Shown piece by piece: positions 54,032-61,429 of a DNA stretch of 64,000 nucleotides (within the stretch, counting starts at the first letter, position 1; every line of letters starts with the position of its first letter). The translations under genes and the position numbers were made by a program. Origin of the DNA: a virus. The stretch is from IMG/VR virus record IMGVR_UViG_3300030329_001736, positions 36,093 through 100,092 of that record; one strand, written 5' to 3'. A model generated the notes under the pieces. The model was not told the origin of the DNA, searched no databases, and saw nothing but the letters and a program-made list of their open reading frames with translations.

Positions 54032-54451
54032 ATGCAAGCAGTAAGAATGGATAAATCAATCAGTAACTCAGATTGGATTACTGACGAAGACGTAAAAATT
54101 GATTTAAATAGTTTGCCTGACATACCGGGCTACCATCTTTTGATTCAACCAGTATCAATTAAAAAAGAAACGAAGGGTGGCATTATCTTACCAGATAAAG
54201 TTAAGGATGATGTAGCTTATCTTACTACGGTAGGTAAAGTTCTAAAACAAGGTGATTTGGCATACAAAGATGAAGAAAAGTTTCCTTTGGGTCCGTGGTG
54301 TAATACTGGGGATTATATCTGTTACGCTAAATATACGGGACAGAAGTTTATGTATAAAGGATTGAAACTTCTTTTGATCTTTGATGATCAGGTAATTATG
54401 AAAGTCGAGCAACCTTCGTTGCTTGATCCTACATATCACCTATCAAATTAA
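54032..54451 (+). CDS. groES: GroES/Cpn10-like co-chaperonin
   Basis: KETKGGIILP mobile loop, GKVLKQG, GDYICYAKYTG, LLIFDDQV. Confidence 0.88.
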   Translation: MQAVRMDKSISNSDWITDEDVKIDLNSLPDIPGYHLLIQPVSIKKETKGGIILPDKVKDDVAYLTTVGKVLKQGDLAYKDEEKFPLGPWCNTGDYICYAKYTGQKFMYKGLKLLLIFDDQVIMKVEQPSLLDPTYHLSN

Positions 54452-54454
54452 TAT

Positions 54455-54483
54455 TTGTGTAATAATAAATAATATAGTATTAT
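54455..54483 (+). promoter_or_regulatory. Possible promoter for scaffold/capsid genes
   Basis: TTGTGT-17 nt-TATTAT, followed by two small hairpins in the leader. Confidence 0.4.
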
Positions 54484-54563
54484 ACTAAATTATTACTTAC
54501 AGCGGGTTTACAAATAAACCAAGTCGTTAAGTTCGCTATTAACGGGAACAAGAAAGGTAAAAA

Positions 54564-55604
54564 ATGAGTGATGTAACACAAGATGGTGATTGGGCTACAG
54601 TTGATTTAGATGCAGCAGGAAACCAAGAACAAGAACAAATTGAAATTGAAATTGAAGAAGATACTGCCACTGAACAAGAAGAAGAACCTGTAAGGCAAGA
54701 AATTAAAGCAGATGATATTGAAACGACTTTTGATAATGAAGTTGTTCAAGAAGAAAAAGAAGAAGAAAGCCGTCCTAAAGAACTAGAAGGTATTAAGACT
54801 AAGGGCGCAGAAAAAAGAATTAAACAGTTAATCAGACAACGTAAAGAAAGAGATGAAGAACTACAAAAGCTAAGAGGTGAACTAGAATCTCTTAAAAGTA
54901 GTTCAGTACAAAAAGATTTACAACTTTCTTCAAGTTTAAAAAATAATATTAGTTCTCACGAAAATCAACTTGAAGCTAATATTGAGACAGCTAGACAACT
55001 TTACAAACAAGCTGTTGAGGCTGGTGATACAGATGGCATGTTGCTTGCCCAAGAAAATATGAGCAAGACTTATGCTGAAATGTCTCAAGTAGAACAAAGA
55101 AAACAAGCGTGGGAAGAATATAACAATGCCGTTGAACAAAGTCAACAACAACAGCAAGAACTAGCTCAATCAGGTGCAGCACCTGAATACGATCCTAAAG
55201 CTGTTGAATGGGCAGGTAGGAATGGTTGGTTTGGTCAAGATCAAATTATGACTGCAGCGGCTTTGACTATTGATCAAGAATTAAAGAATGAAGGGTACGA
55301 TCCTTCAGACGAAGATTTTTACGAGGAAGTAGATAACAGGTTACGTCAAAAGTATCCTAATCGCTTTCAAGTAGGACAAGAAGAAGATACTCCCCGGTTG
55401 CAGGATACGACAGCAAATTCTGCTCAAGTGGTAGCTGGTGCTTCACGCACACCTAAGACTTCATCTAATAGCAAGAATAAGATTAAACTTACTCAAGAAG
55501 ATGTTAGACTTGCTAATAAATGGGGAATCCCACTTGAAAAATACGCTGCTGAAAAGCTGAAGGTCGAACAGGCTGAAGGCGAATATACCAGTGTTTATAC
55601 TTAG
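54564..55604 (+). CDS. Capsid scaffolding protein
   Basis: Acidic N-terminus, coiled coil, WAGRNGWFG, C-terminal IKLTQEDVRLANKWGIPLEKYA. Confidence 0.8.
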   Translation: MSDVTQDGDWATVDLDAAGNQEQEQIEIEIEEDTATEQEEEPVRQEIKADDIETTFDNEVVQEEKEEESRPKELEGIKTKGAEKRIKQLIRQRKERDEELQKLRGELESLKSSSVQKDLQLSSSLKNNISSHENQLEANIETARQLYKQAVEAGDTDGMLLAQENMSKTYAEMSQVEQRKQAWEEYNNAVEQSQQQQQELAQSGAAPEYDPKAVEWAGRNGWFGQDQIMTAAALTIDQELKNEGYDPSDEDFYEEVDNRLRQKYPNRFQVGQEEDTPRLQDTTANSAQVVAGASRTPKTSSNSKNKIKLTQEDVRLANKWGIPLEKYAAEKLKVEQAEGEYTSVYT

Positions 55605-55625
55605 CGTGGAAGGAGATTTTATACA

Positions 55626-56114
55626 ATGACACGAAATAACAAAACAGTATCACGGGAAGAAGCTACAAGAGAAAAGACTCTTAAAAGAATTTTTGAGGAA
55701 CCAAATTGGTTGGACATTCCTGACACAGTACGACATCGCTTTAAATCTGAGGGCATGTCGTTGCGTTGGTTGCGTATTACCCTGAAAGGTAATGAAGATA
55801 TTCAAAACATGGGTAAGCGCATGGCGGAAGGATGGGAATTGGTTGATCAATCAGAAGTTCCAGAGATGATTCAATCCTCTGTCGTGAGAGAGGAAGGACG
55901 TTATTCAGGTGCAGTCTGTCGTGGAGACTTAGCGTTGGCAAAGATGCCTACCGATCTAGCTGAATCGCGTCAAGAATTTTACGAAAATAGAAGTAGAGAA
56001 GCGGTAGACGCAGTAAATGCTCAGTTAATGAGAACTTCAGATTCTCGTATGCCCATCTCTAATTCTAGCAGAACTAATGTAACAAGAGGAAGGACAGCAT
56101 CTTTCCAAGATTAG
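55626..56114 (+). CDS. Conserved head-region protein
   Basis: LRWLR...MAEGWELV...GDLALAKMP. Confidence 0.65.
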   Translation: MTRNNKTVSREEATREKTLKRIFEEPNWLDIPDTVRHRFKSEGMSLRWLRITLKGNEDIQNMGKRMAEGWELVDQSEVPEMIQSSVVREEGRYSGAVCRGDLALAKMPTDLAESRQEFYENRSREAVDAVNAQLMRTSDSRMPISNSSRTNVTRGRTASFQD

Positions 56115-56162
56115 TCTTTCCTATTTGTCAATGTATTTAATTACAGGAAAGGAACAAGTGTT

Positions 56163-56747
56163 ATGACTACTACTAAAGCACTTAACGGACTTTCTCCTTC
56201 CCGTATTCGTGGTTCGGGTGCGAACAGCACTGGCTCGAATGAGTACAATATTGCAAGCGGTTATGCCCAGAATATCTTTACTGGGGATATTGTTGTTAAT
56301 AATGCTGGGAACGTAGAAGTTCTTTTGAGTACGACGCAGAAAGCAGTTGGTGTCTTCACTGGCTGTCATTATGTTGCTAATGGCGAACCGAAATGGTCTG
56401 CCTATTGGCCTTCGGGTACGTCGGTTACTGAAGCGAAGGCAATGGTTGTGGATAATCCGCAAGCTACCTTTATTGTTCAGGCTGACGCATCTGTTTCGGC
56501 TGGTGATATTAATTCTCAAAATTTTAATGTCACTCTTGGTTCTGGTTCGACGGTTACTGGTAAGTCTGGTTTTGGGCTTGAAGCCGGTACTCGTACAACG
56601 GGCAACGCAATGCTTCGTGCAGTTGCGGTGGTCGATGAGCCGGGTAACGACATTGACGTAGCGGCAGAACGTGCCTTCCCGAAATTGGAAGTGCGCCTTG
56701 TTAAGCATGTAGATGCTTATATCTCTGCTGGTCCGTCAGTTAACTAA
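56163..56747 (+). CDS. Minor capsid / head decoration protein
   Basis: IFTGDIV, VGVFTGC, VVDNP; directly upstream of the major capsid gene. Confidence 0.65.
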   Translation: MTTTKALNGLSPSRIRGSGANSTGSNEYNIASGYAQNIFTGDIVVNNAGNVEVLLSTTQKAVGVFTGCHYVANGEPKWSAYWPSGTSVTEAKAMVVDNPQATFIVQADASVSAGDINSQNFNVTLGSGSTVTGKSGFGLEAGTRTTGNAMLRAVAVVDEPGNDIDVAAERAFPKLEVRLVKHVDAYISAGPSVN

Positions 56748-56768
56748 TTGGGAAAGGAGTAATTAATA

Positions 56769-57713
56769 ATGGCTATTAATCGCGCTAGTATTGCGAAAGA
56801 ACTTCTTCCCGGTCTGAACGCGGTTTTCGGTATTGAATACAACGAAGTGACGAATGAACATGAAGCACTTTTCGATGTTGAAAATAGCGACCGCGCTTTT
56901 GAGGAAGAAGTCCTATTCACTGGATTCGGTACTGCGCCCGTCAAGGGTGAGGGTGCTGCGGTTCAGTATGATGACGCGCAGGAAAGTTACACTGCTCGTT
57001 ATACGGCTGAAACGATCAGTTTGGCGTTTTCGGTTACCGAAGAGGCTATGGAAGATAACTTGTACGACACGTTTGCCAAGCTTCGGGCGAAGGGTCTTGC
57101 CCGTGCGATGGCTAACACCAAGCAGGTGAAAGCTGCCGATGTATTCAACAACGGCTTTAGCTCGTCCTATCTTGGTGGTGATGGTGTTTCGCTTTTCAGT
57201 GATTCGCATCCTGTCGTGGATGGTGGTACGCAAGACAATGATCTTGATGCGACCGATCTTTCGGAGGCTTCGCTTGAGTCTGCTTTGATCACTATTGCGA
57301 AAGCGAAGGATGATCGTGGCATTCTTATCGGTATTAAGGCTGAGTCGATTCACGTTCCGCCTGATCTTGCTTTCACGGCAGATCAAATTCTTAACAGCAC
57401 GATGTCAACGACTATTGGAGTCAATCCGACTACGGCTGCTAATGGTGCAACGAACGTCAATGATATCAACTCGATTCGTAATCAGGGTCTAGTTCCCGGT
57501 GGTTTCTTTGTGAACCATCGTTTCACTGATACGAACGCTTGGTTCATTAAGACGGACTGCCCGAACGGTGCGAAGATGTTTGTTCGCGCGCCGCTTCAAA
57601 CGAAGATGGAACCGGATTTCGATACGGGTAACCTTCGCTTTAAGTCGCGGGAACGCTACAGCTTCGGCTGGTCTGATTGGCGTGGATTCTACGGAGCCAG
57701 TGGTTCTTCGTAG
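56769..57713 (+). CDS. Major capsid protein
   Basis: MAINRASIAKELLPGLNAVFG, ITEE-like VTEEAMED, GGDGVSLFSDSHP, DFDTGNLRFK, ERYSFGWSDWRG; strong RBS and downstream terminator. Confidence 0.9.
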   Translation: MAINRASIAKELLPGLNAVFGIEYNEVTNEHEALFDVENSDRAFEEEVLFTGFGTAPVKGEGAAVQYDDAQESYTARYTAETISLAFSVTEEAMEDNLYDTFAKLRAKGLARAMANTKQVKAADVFNNGFSSSYLGGDGVSLFSDSHPVVDGGTQDNDLDATDLSEASLESALITIAKAKDDRGILIGIKAESIHVPPDLAFTADQILNSTMSTTIGVNPTTAANGATNVNDINSIRNQGLVPGGFFVNHRFTDTNAWFIKTDCPNGAKMFVRAPLQTKMEPDFDTGNLRFKSRERYSFGWSDWRGFYGASGSS

Positions 57714-57728
57714 GTCTTAACCTGATGT

Positions 57729-57781
57729 AAAGGGAGTTAGGGTAAGAAGTGTATAATAATATTTCTTACCCTTCTCCTTTT
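57729..57781 (+). terminator. Terminator after the major capsid gene
   Basis: AGGGTAAGAA...TTCTTACCCT stem extended by GGAG/CTCC, then TTTT. Confidence 0.7.
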
Positions 57782-57859
57782 ATATTTTGTAGATATGGGT
57801 TATAATGTAAAGACATAATTCACATTACATTCTATATATAGAAAAGAAGGATAACATAA

Positions 57860-58165
57860 ATGGCTACGACTATTCGACAAGGTTTTGTAACTGGTAGCGG
57901 TGCTGTTCTTGATGTAGCCTCTAGTGTAACTGTAGCAAATACAAGAATCAGAAGTGTGAATGCTTCTGGTGTAGGTACTTTTCTTATTACAGGAACATCT
58001 ACAACTGACAGAGGTCAGATTAAAGGCAATAACATCAAGTTTGTGAACACGACTGCTAATGATGTTAACGAACTATATTTTCCTGATTTAGGTGTATACA
58101 TGGATAGTAAAGTTATGGTATCTGCACCTACGTCTGCAGCTACGGTAGCAGTTTTCTATGGCTAA
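57860..58165 (+). CDS. Small virion protein
   Basis: Beta-rich 101 aa ending VAVFYG; follows the major capsid gene. Confidence 0.6.
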   Translation: MATTIRQGFVTGSGAVLDVASSVTVANTRIRSVNASGVGTFLITGTSTTDRGQIKGNNIKFVNTTANDVNELYFPDLGVYMDSKVMVSAPTSAATVAVFYG

Positions 58166-58823
58166 TTATTCTTACCTAGTAGAGGATATTAAACAAGCTT
58201 GTGAGAACGAAGGCACAGAGTTTGTAGACTATATACCTAAGATGGTCAACAGGGCTGAAGAACGTCTAACAAAAGATTTAGACGACTACGGTTTAGTATC
58301 TTATACTGCTATTACTGTTGGAACTGGTGATATTAATGGTAGAGTTTTGACTCTTCCTACAGGAACCAGAATAGTAAAGAATATTAATATCACTGCTAAT
58401 GGAACCAGAATTAATCTTCTACAGAGAACAGATGAATTTATCAATGATTTTTGGCCTGTAGTTGCTTCTACTGGTACTCCTAAATATTATTCCCCTAGAA
58501 CCAATAATACTGTAGGTATTGCACCTACCCCCTCTTCTGCATTTTCTGGGGAAGTTGTTCATATATCACGACCTGTTACTTTAAATACTTCTACCTCAAC
58601 AAATTATTTTACTGATTTTTGTTACGATCTTCTGTTCTTTGCCTCTATGGTAGAAGCTATGTTATTTCAAAAAGATTTTCCGGGGGCGCAGCTTTACGAA
58701 CAAAAGTATGCCCAAGTTCTTGAACTTCAACGAAACCAAGCTAGACGTACAAGAAGAGATGATATGCAAGCTCCAGCTAGTCCTGCAGGTGCCGATGATA
58801 ATCTTGTACCTAACACTAACTAA
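58158..58823 (+). CDS. Head-tail adaptor (tail tubular protein A-like)
   Basis: VNRAEERL, GTPKYY, IAPTP, DLLFFASMVEA. Confidence 0.7.
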   Translation: MANYSYLVEDIKQACENEGTEFVDYIPKMVNRAEERLTKDLDDYGLVSYTAITVGTGDINGRVLTLPTGTRIVKNINITANGTRINLLQRTDEFINDFWPVVASTGTPKYYSPRTNNTVGIAPTPSSAFSGEVVHISRPVTLNTSTSTNYFTDFCYDLLFFASMVEAMLFQKDFPGAQLYEQKYAQVLELQRNQARRTRRDDMQAPASPAGADDNLVPNTN

Positions 58824-58841
58824 TAGAAAGGACTAGACTTT

Positions 58842-60215
58842 ATGACTAGAGCAGAAAAAGATAAAGCTATTGGCGAAGCAATGGATAAAGGTGGTTCAGC
58901 AGCAGTTATGAAACTAAGAAGGAAGTGGAAAAGGGAAGCTGCTGAAAAAAAGAGAAGAATTGAAGAAGGAAAGACACCTACATCTAGAGATAGTAGTAGT
59001 GATCTAGCTGTTTCTAGAACTCCAGAAAATATTAATAAAGGTCGATCTGCTGCTCTTAATACTCTTCTTGTAGCAGTTCCCGGTGGTTGGATTGTAAAGG
59101 CAGGGAGATTCGCTGGTAGAGTTTTTAAAACTAGAGAAGCAGCTAAAAAAGCTGCGGGAAAATTAAAACCTCCTAAATCTACAGATAAACCAAAGGTACA
59201 TGGTAGAGTAGTTAAAAAGAAACCTAAGTTGTACCCACAGTCGAAGGTTTGGCCTAAGAAATCTACATCTGAAGCTGCACCTAAACCTAAAGCTAAACCT
59301 AAACCTACACCTGCACCTAAACCTGTAGCTGCACCTAAACCTAAACCTAAACCTAAAGCTAAACCTAAACCTAAACCTAAAAAGGTAGAGACTCCTCCTC
59401 CTCCTCCTGCAAGAGGGATGAGAGTTAGGCGGCGCAAACCTGAACCTAAACCAGAAGCAGAAGTAGTGAATCCTAATGCTGCTTTCGCTCAAGGGCGAAT
59501 GGGTACTGGTCCGCGTAAATTAGTAACAAGACCAAGACCAAAACAAAAGCCAAAACCTCCTGCTGTTGCAGGTAAACCTCCTGCTGTTGTAGCTAAACCT
59601 CCTGCTGTCAGAAATCCTACAAGTCCAAGACCTAGAACAGAAAGACCTAAACCTCCTCCTCCTAAAGGTTCTAAGTCTAGTCCAAGACCACCAAGGAATA
59701 GGAGGCCTAATCCGTTAACAGCAATACCTCCTGCAGTAGCGAACACACCTACACCAAAACCTCCTAAGAAGAGAGCAAAGGATGAGGTATTTGATACTGA
59801 TCTTGTAGCTACAGCTAGTAAGAAATTAAAAAAACCAAAAAAATCAAGTTCAAATATAGATAATGATTTTTTTGATACTCCTTCTGGTGTGACCAAAAAG
59901 AAATCTACAACTAAATCTACAACTAAATCTAACAAGAATCCTCATTGGAGAGAAATTAAAAAAGTTTCTGATCTTTTAGGTGTTAAGTATGAAGTTCCTG
60001 TACTAGATAATCAAGGACTACCTACTGATCCAGATATGAGAGAAGCATCACTAGTTAGTGATTCTACAGGAGGACTAATAGGAAGAAAAAGAAAAGCTAC
60101 TAAAGTTAAAATTAAAAAGAAACCTTCAACAAAGAAAAAATATACCCGTGTAGCAAGAAAAAGAAGAGGCGGATTTATGGGCAAAGGAGCCGGATGCGCT
60201 AAAAGAGGATATTAA
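58842..60215 (+). CDS. Lys/Pro/Arg-rich low-complexity protein (histone H1-like; candidate core or DNA-condensing protein)
   Basis: (PK)n and KPPAV repeats; ends RRGGFMGKGAGCAKRGY. Confidence 0.65.
   Translation: MTRAEKDKAIGEAMDKGGSAAVMKLRRKWKREAAEKKRRIEEGKTPTSRDSSSDLAVSRTPENINKGRSAALNTLLVAVPGGWIVKAGRFAGRVFKTREAAKKAAGKLKPPKSTDKPKVHGRVVKKKPKLYPQSKVWPKKSTSEAAPKPKAKPKPTPAPKPVAAPKPKPKPKAKPKPKPKKVETPPPPPARGMRVRRRKPEPKPEAEVVNPNAAFAQGRMGTGPRKLVTRPRPKQKPKPPAVAGKPPAVVAKPPAVRNPTSPRPRTERPKPPPPKGSKSSPRPPRNRRPNPLTAIPPAVANTPTPKPPKKRAKDEVFDTDLVATASKKLKKPKKSSSNIDNDFFDTPSGVTKKKSTTKSTTKSNKNPHWREIKKVSDLLGVKYEVPVLDNQGLPTDPDMREASLVSDSTGGLIGRKRKATKVKIKKKPSTKKKYTRVARKRRGGFMGKGAGCAKRGY
59277..59410 (+). repeat. (cctaaa)n and (cct)n intragenic microsatellite
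   Basis: Tandem cctaaa/gctaaa units, then (cct)6. Confidence 0.9.
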
Positions 60216-60236
60216 CAAGAAAGATGGAGGTGTTAA

Positions 60237-60470
60237 ATGGCTATATCTAGATCATCAGTAAAGAAACAAGTTACTAAACCTCCATCTAAGAAAAAGAAAG
60301 CTAAGTTAGGTATAGGTAAAAGATTTAAAGATGTTTCTAAAGCTATACAAAAAACAGGTAAATCTAAAGAAGCTGCAGATGCTATAGCTGCAAGCATAGG
60401 AAGAAAGAAGTACGGTAAAAAGAAGTTTGCTAAGTTAGCTTCTAAAGGTAGAAAAAGGAAGGATAGTTAG
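60237..60470 (+). CDS. Small highly basic protein
   Basis: GGAGGT RBS; KLGIGKRF...AIAASIGRKKYGKKKF. Confidence 0.7.
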   Translation: MAISRSSVKKQVTKPPSKKKKAKLGIGKRFKDVSKAIQKTGKSKEAADAIAASIGRKKYGKKKFAKLASKGRKRKDS

Positions 60471-60471
60471 T

Positions 60472-61146
60472 ATGGCAACTAGCGGCACATATGATTTCTC
60501 TTTAGATATTGATGAAGTCATAGAAGAAGCTATGGAGATGATAGGTGGTGAGCAGACTCTGGGTAATGAACCTAAATCTGCTCGACGTTCTATTAATCTT
60601 CTTCTACAGGATTGGCAGAATAGAGGCATTCTTCTTTGGACTGCTGATACTACAACTGTATCTGTTTCTACTAGTGTCACTTCCTATGCTCTTCCTGATA
60701 GTATTATTGATGTTACTGAAGCTGTTATAGGCAGAGATAATACAGACCTACAAATAGAACGTATTACTATGGAAGAGTATCTAAAGATACCAAGAAAAGG
60801 ACAAAAGGGTAGACCTTCTCAATATGCTATTAGAAGAGGAAGAGATAATATATCTGTTTTTCTTTGGCCTGTTCCAGAAAACACAACAGATGTGTTAAAA
60901 CTAGAACACATAAAATATACTGAAGACGTAAATAAATCTGCAATTCAAACAGCAGATATTTCTCGTAGATTCCTTCCTTGTCTCACTGTTGGTTTAGCAT
61001 ATTTTATGTCAATGAAAAGACCGGGTATTGATGCTGGACGAGTTCAGTTTCTTAATCAAGAGTATGAAAACAGATTACAAAGAGCTATGCATGAAGACAG
61101 AGAAAGAGCTAGTGCCTATTTCAGACCAAGGATAAATAGAGTATAA
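60472..61146 (+). CDS. Head-tail connector / adaptor protein
   Basis: MATSGTYDFSLDIDEVIEEA, ARRSINLLLQDWQNRG, GRPSQY, LWPVP, RFLPCL. Confidence 0.7.
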   Translation: MATSGTYDFSLDIDEVIEEAMEMIGGEQTLGNEPKSARRSINLLLQDWQNRGILLWTADTTTVSVSTSVTSYALPDSIIDVTEAVIGRDNTDLQIERITMEEYLKIPRKGQKGRPSQYAIRRGRDNISVFLWPVPENTTDVLKLEHIKYTEDVNKSAIQTADISRRFLPCLTVGLAYFMSMKRPGIDAGRVQFLNQEYENRLQRAMHEDRERASAYFRPRINRV

Positions 61147-61150
61147 TATA

Positions 61151-61429
61151 ATGGCAAGTAATAAAAAAGCTGTAGCTCTTTGTGATATTTGTGGTTTTAA
61201 ATATCCTCATAGAGTTTTAAAGCTTAATAGTTATGGTTTGTTAGTGTGTCCTGAAGATTGGGATGGAGCTTATGATCTAAAGAATCATCCTCAAAACAGA
61301 ACACCAGATGTAAGAGATGATGAGAATATAAAAAATCCTAGACCTCCTTCTAATGAAGACAGGAATGTTTTGTGGCAAAATGCTACTAATAATTGGGAAA
61401 CTTATAACAACTATTGGAATAACGTATAA
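61151..61429 (+). CDS. Small zinc-finger virion-region protein
   Basis: CDICGFKY...LLVCPEDWD...HPQ...NPRP. Confidence 0.7.
   Translation: MASNKKAVALCDICGFKYPHRVLKLNSYGLLVCPEDWDGAYDLKNHPQNRTPDVRDDENIKNPRPPSNEDRNVLWQNATNNWETYNNYWNNV

Noticed and set aside
58820-59935. Hydrophobic LG-repeat minus-strand ORFs
   Set aside because: Antisense shadows of the (cctaaa)n repeats in the plus-strand gene.
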